Positions 10,704 through 22,400 of a stretch of DNA of 32,000 nucleotides are shown piece by piece. Below the pieces are notes generated by a model. It made no database searches. It saw only the letters and a program-made list of their open reading frames with translations, and was not told the origin of the DNA. Origin of the DNA: Candidatus Saccharimonadota bacterium (GTDB lineage Bacteria; Patescibacteriota; Gracilibacteria; Absconditabacterales; Absconditicoccaceae); the NCBI GenBank assembly GCA_965231145.1, contig OZ246420.1:90001-122000 (forward strand), read 5' to 3'. Each line of letters starts with the position of its first letter. Position 1 is the first letter of the stretch. The translations under genes were made by a program, and so were the position numbers.

Positions 10704-12149
10704 TTAATAACTACACTTTCCTCATACATTGGTACATTGATATTCGCAGGCTTCATTTAAGTTCTTGGTAATACTCTTGTCTTTTTGAGCATCGCCGAGC
10801 AGATTGGTCGTGTCGTGTACCATACTGCTGACCGCAGGGATCTTTTTAGTCACTACCAGCGGATCTGCAAGCACATGTTTCTGCCACGACGCCTTGCTTT
10901 GTGCGAGTGTCTCATCGACCGTACTATTGAGCTTTGCATAAAGATTTAACAGTGCGCGGTTTGTCGTCGAGTCTGGGGTAATGATGTCGAGCGGAGCAGG
11001 TTCCGGTGCAAATTGTACTTTCGTCATACTTGACGAATCTTTGCTATAGATCTCCTTCTGGCTATTGATCGTTGATGAAAGCCCATTTCCAAGGTTTGTT
11101 ACTTTGTTGGCAGCCTTTTCTGTATGCTCATCTCATTCTTTATCATTTTGACTCTCTGCTTCATCTCCACTTTCCTCTTCATCAATATTCTCATCTTCAT
11201 CTTTGGTCGGTGGTTTTTCAATACCACCCACTCACTCTAAGAGCTTATTTTGCTGTTTATTGAAACCAGGCTTTTCGCAGTCTAGTTCTGTCTGACTCGA
11301 GAGTGTACATTTCCATTTGCGAAGGGACTCTCTGAGCTTGTCTTTTAACTCATTGGTTTTTGGCTTATCTTCTTCATTGATACTGTCAATATCTTCCCCA
11401 TATTCCTCATACTCACTGTCGCACGAATTGAAACCTCTTGCGCACTTATACTCTTCCACGAGTTTCTTATAGTTGACGTCCGTCAACGTGATTCCCGGAT
11501 CCTCTTTGTATTGAGCGGTAAATGCCTTGAATGCATCGGTATAGCCTCCGGCGATAAATCTTTTATATGATTGATTGAGAGATCGAAGAGCGGCCATAAG
11601 TGTTCCTACTGCAGAAGAGGGAGCACCGGAGGCTTTCATAAATGAGGAGTCATCTTCTCCGTATTTTTTGAGAACTTCACTCACTTTTTCCTGATAGTCT
11701 TTTGGAGGAGTCGAATATAAGCCTGCTTCTCCCAGTTCGAATATAGCTTCAGCGATATCATTGTCTATCTTTTCCAGTTTTTTCCAGTCTCTCATGAGAG
11801 CTTTTGCATTTGTCATGACTTCCAGTTCTTCGCGAGTTGTAGAGCTCTCGAGTTCTGTGTGGATGGTTCCAAGAAGAACGGCATAGGTAAGAACATTTTT
11901 ACCCTTACTATTGAGTCTTTCTACGATATTCTGCAATGTCTGGTCTCACTCTCCGCTACCATCGGACTCTCATTGATTAGTCATGTTTTTGAGTGTTTCG
12001 AGCATTTCATTAGAAAATTTGATGTATTGCTCGATGATCTGAGAGGTGTTGGAACATGTTTCGCATGATTGACCTTCTGCAAAAGCGACACCGTAGAGGG
12101 TGCCTGCTAATCATAGAAGAACTCATATCTTGAGCAGTCGTTTTTTCAT
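10704..12149 (-). CDS. Secreted protein of unknown function with an acidic linker, 481 aa
   Basis: ORFs 11232..11936 and 10722..11027 share a frame, with 7 in-frame TGA (12123, 12111, 11970, 11946, 11232, 11133, 10722). ATG 12147..12149 gives MKKRLLKI-G-VLL-G-LAGTLYGVAFA|EGQ. The stop is TAA 10704..10706. There is an acidic stretch DEDENIDEEESGDEAESQNDKE. Confidence 0.85.
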
Positions 12150-12170
12150 CAATCTATGCGAGTATAAAAC

Positions 12171-13424
12171 TTAATCTAATCATTGGAGGAGTGATCCAAG
12201 GCCTCACAAGCTACCGCCTCAACCACCACCCATTCATCCAAAAAGGCCTCATAGCCCGGCTAGTCAACCTCAGCCGCCTTCATCATCGCCTCCGTCTTCG
12301 CTTCCATCTCATAGAGACGGGAGGAGTCATTTGAGCTTGCTGAGTCATCCAAGTTTTGAAGTCGCTCATCCGAGGCTACCTCATAGACCTTTTCCTCATT
12401 TGAGGAGTCATTTTAACTTGTCAAGTCCGCCTAGTTTGCCCAATGCTCACTCTCCATCTCCGTTACCTCCGAATGTATCGGTGAGGTTTGATAAACCACC
12501 TCAACCACCAGCTCCTCATCCTATGCCTCCAAATCCTCCCGGTGTTCCTCATGCGCCTCATAGTTTGCTTTCCGGTGTTGAACATTCTTTAGTGCCGGCT
12601 TGTATTTTACCATTTACTGCAGAGAAGGTCTCGTTGAAATGAGAGAATTTATCTACTAACACTCATCGTCTTGTTTCGAGCAGATAGCTCTGGGTGTAGG
12701 TTTTCCATGTGTCCTTCATAAAGGTGTTTGCTTTTCTTGCCATCAGTAGCTGTATGTATGTCATCTCTTCGTCGATACGTCTTCTTGAGAGATCTTCACA
12801 GGCCTTTTGGTCATAGCGAGAGTCCAGGTCGCTGGAAACGAGGAAAAATTTACGAGCGACACATGATGACTGAATACATACTGCGGTGTATCTTGCTGAA
12901 AGTGGAAGGGAATCATAGTTGCTAATTTCACAACTTTCATTGTCTACTTTAACTCAACGCCACTTTGCTGGCTCCCAGATCTCAACAAATTTCGTTTGTA
13001 TGCTGACAGGTAACTTTCCTGTTCCAACGTCTGTTCGTTCTTTGACAGCATCTTTCCATTCTTTTGCTTTTGAGTCTTCGCTTCCTTCTACTTTGTTATC
13101 CAGTTTAAAGAAGCCTTTACTGATCAACTGGTCGAAGGCATAAGGACTTTCAGGATTATCTCTGTTTTCTTGAGCGCTTTCACAGCCTTCAGTGAGGATT
13201 TCTTGCTGACAGCAATATGCCTTAAGATTATCCATAGCAGTGTGCATGTCGTCAGTGCTAAGAGGCTTGTCGCTTTTGAGTTTCAGATTGTCTATAGCAT
13301 CTTTTGGTTCATGTATCACCAAGCTACAATCATACAACGTATCCGCAAAAAGAGGGGCGCTCCGTATGGAGAGCGCTCCTATGATGGTCAAACCTATGAG
13401 CTTTCGGATAGCATTGTGTTTCAT
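12171..13424 (-). CDS. Secreted protein of unknown function with an extreme Gly-rich, TGA-dense C-terminal tail, 417 aa
   Basis: ATG 13422..13424 gives MKHNAIRKLIGLTIIGALSIRSAPLFA|DT. The standard-code ORF stops at TGA 12954, but the frame stays open to TAA 12171..12173, with 21 TGA in total. Without read-through there would be an ~800-nt gap in an otherwise tightly packed operon. Confidence 0.8.
12174..12563 (-). repeat. Gly-rich low-complexity tail (~130 codons) in which 19 codons are TGA, containing a duplicated KLGGL(D/S)KLKGLL unit
   Basis: With TGA read as G the tail reads KLGGAGGTPGGFGGIGGGAGGGGGLSNLTDTFGGNGDGEGALGKLGGLDKLKGLLKGGKGLGGSLGGATSKLGGLSKLKGLLPSLGDGSEDGGDDEGGGGGLAGLGGLFGGMGGGGGGSLGGLGSLLQGLD. 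The DNA repeat gaggagtcatttgagcttg (12321) recurs as gaggagtcattttaacttg (12402). Confidence 0.8.
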
Positions 13425-13429
13425 GTCTG

Positions 13430-16400
13430 CTATGGCAACGGCTGAGGGATAAAGGTAGTGTTTCCTATTTCTTTTCCTTGAAGATCATAGAAGGTGATAG
13501 TGATATTACGATCTTTATAAGAGTATGTTCATCGATATTGATTTTTATAGGTATCTGGTAGTCGGATGTCTCATTTCGTGCTTATATAGATGTGACAGGT
13601 ATCCGCCTGAGCAATACATGTGCCATTGCTAAATCCATGCGCATATCCATCTGCTACTTTTTGTGGCTTCCAGAGATTAGTATCGACGACTATAGTATTT
13701 AGCGCTGTCTTTCCTGCGTACGAGAGAGAGAATAGTACAATGCCTGTCCTTTTCTCTTTGATAAGTACACGAGGTGTATTTGCAGTAAACGAAACTACTG
13801 TATCTATAGACTCTTTAAAGTAGCTATCAATAGATATTTCACCACTTTCTTTATCTACTGCTCCAATACGTGTTCAGCTGCTATTGTGCAGGTCGATGAG
13901 TGCGCTTTTGACAAATACGCCTCATGAGAGTGACAGTTGATTGAATCCAAGAGGGAACTGAGATGTGATCATATTGTCTTTCCCTTTACCAGTTAATATA
14001 GATCGGATGCCATCTCTTTCTCTTTCAAAGAGTATGCTACTCTTATCTTGTCATACAGATACTGTTGTCTGTATAACGTTTTCATTATTCATCGGTTCAC
14101 TGATGTCAGTAATATTTACTTGAGGCTGTTTCCATTGTATCTTGATCGTATAAGTTGCTATATTGTCGTTTTGATCGATGGCATTGATTTGCCACGTCTC
14201 TACATCTTCACCACGATATGAGAGCGATGCGAGCGTGTTTGCTCAGGTGTCAGCTTGCGAACTTCCGTCAGCAAAGGTAATTGCATTGCCTTTGACGCCA
14301 CTGCTGTCACGCCATTGGACGACGACTCCATAGTCATTTCCTATAACAGGTGACAGCGTATATCATTGCCCATCGATAGTTTTGCTTTCTACTCTTATGA
14401 GGGCTACCGTTGGTGTTGGTCAGAGGTCATCACCTGCCAATTGAGAGCTGGCTACCTCCTGGTGTGATCGAGGAGAAGACTTTTCAAGCAGTGCTCATCT
14501 ATTGAGCGTTCTATATGAGAGCTTCGCAAGAGACATGTATTGCCGTTGTCTTGGAAGTCCGTCCAGAGAGACAGAGAGAGTTTCTTCTTCCGGATTGAAG
14601 TACTGAATGCTGAGTATGCTCTTGTCGTTTACTAAGTCGCTTACTCTCTTTTGTCCAAATATTTCATCGTAGAGGAAGACTCATTGGAGATCTGTATTTT
14701 CTGGTAAGATGAGTACATATTTTCTCGTATCTTTATTAGAGCGGTGCATATATCTTGCTTCTACAGAGTTATTAATTTGTAAGATATAGCCTTGTCTATT
14801 ATCGTTGTTCCAGCGAAGTTGTATACTGTCATATCTTTGTCCATCGAGTGAGAATGCTTGTGGTGCGCTCCTTTCTGACCATATTTTGAACATGCTTCAT
14901 CCTATGCTCAATCGCCCATCTCTTTCTACCGCCTTCGCAATATCTGCAGGCGAAGAGAATGTCGGAGTAACGTAGAGACGCGTGAATGTTGTACCGTTGT
15001 TCGCTGGCACGGGTTGGCTGTATTTTATCCGGATTTGTTTGTTGTCCCACATGATGATATCGTCTGTAGCATCCCCGTTGAGATCAGTGCGAGACTGATG
15101 TGCTTGGAGCGTTGCTATATTGTCTTGTCTGTCGACAACATTTACCATCTCACCAGACGTGTTTTTTACAAAGACACCCTGTATGTACTGGCTGATATCA
15201 GGCTGGATCGTGAGAGTGCTTGTTGTGCTATGTGCATGGGCGGTATGTGATGCGTCCATAGTGCTAGTTACTGCAGCAGCGAGAAGAGGTTTTTTCTCTG
15301 CGTCTTTCTCAGTGTTACTCACCATCTCCAGTCCGTTGTCTATAGTAGTAATAGTCTTTTCTACATAGCTTCTTGTTTCGTTGTATGTGAGGAGCGACAT
15401 ATTGAGATCGGTTGGCCCATAGGTGTCGAGCGCATTTGCAAAGCCAGTCATTACTTTCTTGTTGAGTTCAAGGTAGCTCTTCATCGGATTTGGCTCATCT
15501 TTAATTGCTTTGATGATAGATTTGTCTGCAGTAAAGAGCGAACTTCCGAGTGTTGATGACTCTGTATCACTACTTACCAGGGTTGTCTGTAGCGATGTAA
15601 CGAAAGAGTCATAGTCATGGTTGATCTTGTCCTGCATAGATGAGATATCATTTTTTATGCGGTCTATGCGAGACTGAGCCTGATGGTTGACAGCATCTAC
15701 ACCCTCGATATTAGCCGCTGTATTGCTTGGAGTTGAGAGGAGTGCAATCACATGACGAAGGGTTCTTTTTCTCTCTAATGATGTATCAGCTTCCAGTAGT
15801 GCGTGTGCCTGTGTAAGCAGGTCTGTGCGAGCTTGGGCAGCATTGTCATAGCTTAGATCCCAGAGATGAGGAGATGTGAAGCTCTGAAGTGTGTTGGTAA
15901 TGCCTCCAGCTGTGTTTCCTCATCCAGCGCTTTCATCACTGACGTTTTTGATGATAGGATTGCTGTCCTTGTTTACTTGCTCTGCGTACTCTTCGAGCGT
16001 CTTATAGATTTCATCAAAGTTAAGCTGCATATTAATATAGGTGTCGACATGTATATCTGACCCCTGAACTGGTGGTTTGATCTTTGTAACACTGATAGAG
16101 TCAAACGGCTCTACCTTCCAAGTTCTCTGTGTCAGTTGTTCTACTCTTGTTTTGACTCACTTTTCTCCGACCATGCCGATCCCTCATTTTACGATACAGA
16201 AGATCTTTGCGATATATTCAGCATATTGGAGAGTGGCGATAATCTCTGGTGTGATTTTTGGAATCTTTGGTGCAGGCGGAAGGTTTGGCATGTCGAGTTC
16301 CACATTTGGTGTGAATGAAGGAAGCTCAGGAAGTTTTGGTGGTTCAGGAATTTCTGGTGCGCTTGGGATCGTAACGCTCAGCTGTCACTGGACACCTGCG

Positions 16401-19400
16401 GATGGTGCTGGTGGGATGTCTGGAATTTGTGGGAGAGGAATAGGCTTTGGTACAAAATTGAATTTTGGTAGAAGTATATCCATACCCATATTTATATGAG
16501 ACAGGTCGATGAACAGATGTGGCATCCTAAATGGAGGTATTGGGAACACTGGTAATGGAATGCAGAGGATGCTGAGTGTGCATGCATAGAAATCGTAATT
16601 GTCTACCTTACACTTTCCGCATTTTGTTTTCCAATTTACTGAGTAGTCTATAAGAGCCTGCCATGTTTTGATAGAACTTATGTTTTGCGTCATACCATTG
16701 ACGTACTGGTCGAACTTTCTTGAGTTTTTCTGTAGCCATTCAGTCAGGTTGTTTGTGAACTTAGAGACAGTATCAGACGCTTCCGTCAAATATCTTTGTG
16801 AAGCTCCCAGCCATTTGTCTAGTTCTTGAGGGAACTCCTTATATTTATCGAGTATTTCAATGTTCTTTTTTACTGTTTTTATCAGCTCTTCGTTTTTGCT
16901 CGTTATACTTCCGCCGCCAGCGCTATTTCGATCCTGTGCGGTCTTCTCATTTCTTTGGAGCCAATTATTTAAGTATGCTTTATATCTGACGATATCTTCT
17001 TGGGCTATGAAAGGCACTTGTACATTGATGTTTTTTGTGCTGATATTGATAAGCGGTACGTTTTCAAAGAGTGTTGAGAGTGCATCAAAAGGATTAGAAA
17101 CATCATTGTCATTGTTTCTCATACCTTCTTGTGTGAAGAGTTTTTGTGATACGTCTTGTCTTGATGATGGAGTCGGTTGATTCTTTTCTTCTTCAGGTTC
17201 CTCGTCGTAGAGCGCTCTTATCTTCTTCAGTGATACATCATCAAATCCCTTAAAGAGCGATGACATCTCAGGCATGTATACGTTGACTGAAACGGTTGTA
17301 AGATTGTTAATGATATACCTTATTTGTGGATCGAGCCGGTTCTTCATAAGACATTTGACGAGTCCTTTTACGTCTCATCCCTGTACTTCAAGTTTGACTT
17401 GTTCTCCTACTTTGAGTGTCTCACTATCCTGATTTCCTCCTCCTTCCCCACCTTCGCTTATATCTTCTATGGTGGGAGTAGTATTGAAATTAACAGAGCG
17501 CCCGTCGTATGAGCCGTCATTTTCTCCCTCAGCTGAAACCGATGGAATAACTTCTTTTATCTTACCCATGATGTCATCCATCATACCTCCGCCTTGTCCT
17601 TGACCTCATACAAGATTTGAAATCATCTTAAACGGAGAACCAGATTTTCATCATTTTAGTTGAGGTGTGCTGCATGCTCCTCCTTCTGCTGCGTCATATT
17701 GCCGCTGTTCAAGAGCGGGTCTTGCGTCTCCTGGAGTAATCTGTGCTTCATCTTTTTTCGCTGTTACCACACAATTTCCCGAGATATGTTTTACTGGATT
17801 TTGTAGGCTTGCTCCGGCTGCGTATGAGCCATAACACATAGCAACACCTTCCTTATTTGTTATAGCTGGTGAGTCATATACTCTTACATTTGATGGATAA
17901 CTACCTCCGCCCGCCCAGTAGAAACCATCCGTAGGAGACTTCTGACCATATGGAGCAGGTACGTCATATGCTCCAGGGCGGATAGTTCCTGGATAGAAGA
18001 GAGATGGAAGACCTTTGTCGTCAGTCAATTTACATCAGAAAACATTGTAGGTTCCTGGAGAGAGGAATGCTACATTAAATGGCGCTTGTGTTCATTGTTG
18101 AGCCATAGTTTTTTTGTATCCACCTTTTTCAGCTTGGAATCCCTTACAAAATCCTTGCACAGCTCCATCTACTTGTCTTTCTGTATCTTGAGTCATGCTT
18201 GTCAGTTGTGGATTGTTGCTACTCATATCAAGACTACCATTTTCAGAGAGGGACTTGTTGTCCCACTTTTCAAGTATCTGATCCATGCCAGGCATCTTGC
18301 TGATATCCGGATTGCTACCTTGTGATGCACCTTTGATCTTGCTTTGTATGTCGGTGAGCTTTGATGTCAGCGCAGAACTTTGTTGCTTTTGCATTTCTTG
18401 CATCTTTGGTGCAAGGTCGGTAAACGACTGGGTAAAGTTTTTTGTTCCATTTGATGTAAACTGTTCAAATCATTGCTGGCAGCTATCGGTAGAATGTGTT
18501 TTTATGTCAGTTGCCTGATCTCCGTTAATGTTACCGAGAGAAATATGTACTAATTTTGGTGCCTTATATTTGAGAACTTCGCTGAACGTTACGCTTTGTC
18601 ATCCTTTAAGTGAAATATTATCTATCATGTACTGATAGCCATTTTCCATATTCCAGTTTACGGTTGAGCCTGCTGGTAGACTTCCTTTGTTCCAGCTTGG
18701 TATTTCTCCTTCACTATTTTTACTAATTCTCCATGGTCACTTGATGTCATGCAGATAGGTAACCATTGTATCGCTTTTTGCTTCAATGGTTGTCTTCACG
18801 CGTACTTCTTCACCATCTACCAATGGTCCTGAAGATGGTTTTACTCTTTCATATTGTTTATATGTTACCACAGGAGATGTCTCGTCCAGCATGGTGCCTG
18901 GCATATATGCTATGGTTTCCAGGCTGTTAGCCGGTTCGTATGACGGTAAGGTGCTGATAGGTGATGCAGAATATTGCATGAGAGTCGGTAGCCCACTATC
19001 TATCATGCTTTGTATATTAAATCCAGAGAAGTCACTTTCTGTTCCCTTGAGGAGATTTTGTATCTGTGGATCAGCAGCAAGAGGGCTATCAGGGCTTTCT
19101 TCATTTACTTCTGGAGGAAGAGAAAGTCACTGCCAGTGAACCAGGCTGTTGTCGTATATCTTTTCATTTTCACTCAAAGTGACGCCATATGATTTGACTA
19201 ATTTAATATGATCTTCTTGTCTTGTCTTTCGCTCGCTATCACAGGTAACCTTATTTTTTGAAATGTAATTATCTCCTGCAGAAGTGCGTCCACCATAGAA
19301 AATCTTAATGTTGCCTGCGGTATCATTTGTAACGATATCGACCTTATTGTCTCCGTCCATATCATGCACAAAAAACTCATATGCATGAGCGATGCTTTGA

Positions 19401-22400
19401 TCTCAACCTGGTATATCTAAACAGACTTGCTTTCCATCGACATCTACAGTTCAACCATTGTTTTTATAGACTCTCAGTTTATCATGAGATGTCTGGATGA
19501 TGATATCCTCATAGCTATCTCCATTGGCATCGCCAGCAAAGGCATTTTTGATGCCATCATCAATAACCATAAGCATTCACAAGTCCTTATAAGGATCTTG
19601 CCCGCCTTTGTTTTTCAGAATCCTTGCAGATCAGTCGGAATATGTTACCAACAGATCCTTTTGTCCATCTTTGTCTACATCAAGAGGAATAGTTTTTGAG
19701 ATGCTTTTCTCTGTTTCTGTGAAAACTGTTTTTCATTGACCTCCATCGTAATTTGTTCCCGCAATTGTTGTGTTTTCGCTTTGACGTCCAAGCAGAGGAT
19801 CGCCAAGCGTAATAAGGAAAGGAGACGCTCCATGCTGAGTAGCTTTTCCTACTTTGTCTCCTTCGGCAAAAGCGGTTGCTGCATGAAAAGTGTTTTTCCG
19901 GTTTGTATTGGTATCAGTATCGACAGATTGCTCAATACCTCACTTCCATGGAGAAGATGAACCAAGAGGCACAGCATTTTTATCATAGATCATCCATCCG
20001 CGGCTGCTATTTGTTGATCCACCAAGCCAGATTGATTCAAGGCCGATGCTGTCTTCTAGATGAATATTACTGGTGTTTATAGTTGCGTGGATGCGTAGTG
20101 TTCCTACTATTTTTCCTTGTATTTTTACATTCCATACAGTATCCCCATTTGTATATTGATTGCTGTTTACTATCTCAGCGCTATTACCTGTAGATGAGTT
20201 TATGGACCATACAGGCGATCCATTGATCACGATAGTATTGTTTATGATCTCGTTGGTTTCAATAACGCTGTCTGTTTGGCGAGCCGTATAGAGAAGAGTG
20301 TTTTCGCCAAATGATTCATCTGCTGTTCCGGCTCTGAGAGTTAATGAGCTCGCGCTTCCTAATGCAATATATCCTTTTGTATTGAGATCATATGTCAACA
20401 CATTGTCTCTTTTGGTGAGACGTATATCTGATGCATCATAGATCTGACCATTGTTGTTGATACGAAGCAGTGCAGGGAGGATATTGTTTGGGTTGGTGAG
20501 AAGTGTTGTTACGGCAAGTGCTTTATCTGACTTTGTGAGGATGTTCTGCGCTTCATTTGATTGCTGTGAGAAGTAGTTCCATCTATTGCCTCGGTCGCTT
20601 CCAGCAAGTATCATATACATAGCATTGAGATTGTCTGTTTTCCAGAAAGGAGAAAGTATCGTTATCTTTTTTGCATCAGGCAACTGTGCCTCTGGTGCTA
20701 CTCATGCAAGAGTAGCATAAATATATTGTGTTCCTGCGGCTTTCTCGCTGCTAAGAGTAAATGGAGCGCTTCCGTTGGTTGCCGTAGTTACTTGCCCACT
20801 TGATGATCCATTTATCTTGATACCACCAATCGTATGGAGGTTGATGCTTACAGGAGCATCAATAGGGTTGTTCCATCTATCATATGCAAACACCTGTCCG
20901 CTGGTGTTTTTTTCAGCCAAGAAACTATCGGGTGCTTGGATGCCCACACGATATGGCTTTGCAGGATGGATAGTCACAGGTATAGTTTTTAGAGGAAGGC
21001 CTGGAATTTCTAGCGTGAGAGTGTCTTGTCCTGCTTGAAATGAAGGATAAAGGATAATCGTAGCAACGCCACCTTTGATGGTAAATGAAGATTGCTCTGA
21101 AAATTCTTTTGCGGTTACTCTTTGACCGTTAAGTGTATAGCTACTTTCTTTTACTCTTCCTGGAAGGAGGAGTCACTGAGTACTCTTGATGACACCATGT
21201 GTTTCTAAGGGTTTCTTATCTGGCGTAGTAAGTGTCAGTACGATCCTTGGAACCGCATTTTCCTGTAGCTGGTCAACGCCGTTTTGATTGCGGAAAAAAG
21301 CTGATGTGCTTTCAGGAAGAGTGATGTCTATGTGGGATGTATTTACTGTATTATGCTTCACCTCGAGGATTCATTCGGTGAGCGAGATTGTTTTTCTGAT
21401 AGGCGAGAGAGAGTCAGAAGAAATTGGTGTCAGTAGCAGCTCAACTTCTGCAGACGCAGAAGGAACGTCGCTCAAATCCAAGACGAACATCTCATTTTTA
21501 TCAAAACGTTGGAGTTCTATACCTGTCGTGATATTGCCGTTGGTAATGATTTTCCCTTGAGAAGAAGAGAGACGGAAGGTGTTTGTACTTTGTTCAACAG
21601 CATTTCAGTATGCATCATATCACATCACTGAGAAAGGCATCTCAGATCTTTTGAGTATTTTATCTGTCGGCGTAATAATAGTCGCAGTGACAAGAGGCCC
21701 AGCGATAACAGGAACGATAAGTTTTTTCTCTGTACAACGAACGTTTTGACAGATCTTTACTGTGAGGATACTTGCTCCAATATTTTTGCCCGCAAGAGCT
21801 ACTTTCAATGTACGAGGGGTCTTGTAAAGATCTCCCTGGAATGCATACTCAGCATTACACACATTTCTTCCTTCGATGATCGGACAGTTTTCTCCCGTTC
21901 CTGAGATACGGATATTAAGATTGCCGCTGTCCTTTAAACTTGCGATCGTCAGAGTTGCTCCACTTGTGTTGTCTACACTGAGAGTATTCTTATTGAGTCT
22001 CGCTGTAAGAGTGTTATCAAACGCCGCAATCAATGTTTGTGCTTCATCAGAAAGAGCCCCAAGAGATGAGTTTGTAAGAGACCTCCAAGTTGGGTTAAGT
22101 TCTTCTACGTTATCTCCTAGGGTGACATCGGTGTCTTTAAATTGCTGTGATATAAGTACAGGTCATTTTGCATTTGAGAAATTTACTTTCACTACATCAG
22201 AAATAGTTTGTTCCTGCATAGATTTCATCCAGCATCCTAGAGAAGCTGGCCATTGAAGCAGAGGTGTTGTGCCATCTGTATCAATACCACATTTTTTATC
22301 TCTTTCTGTTGCCTGCATATCAAGAGCCGCATTGACCGCGTCAGTGCTTGAAATCTCTGCCGTTGCTGCGAGTTTCTGTTGTTCTATATTGTTGATAACA

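Noticed and set aside
12331-12642. 103-aa plus-strand Pro-rich ORF (PPSLPNAHSPSPLPPNV...).
   Set aside because: It is the antisense shadow of the Gly-rich tail of gene 12171..13424, because GGN/TGA on one strand reads as NCC/TCA on the other. The minus-strand frame links a signal-peptide gene to a stop 21 nt before the next start.
16077-16499. 140-aa plus-strand ORF with a Gly-rich end.
   Set aside because: It is the antisense of the Pro-rich segment of the giant gene.
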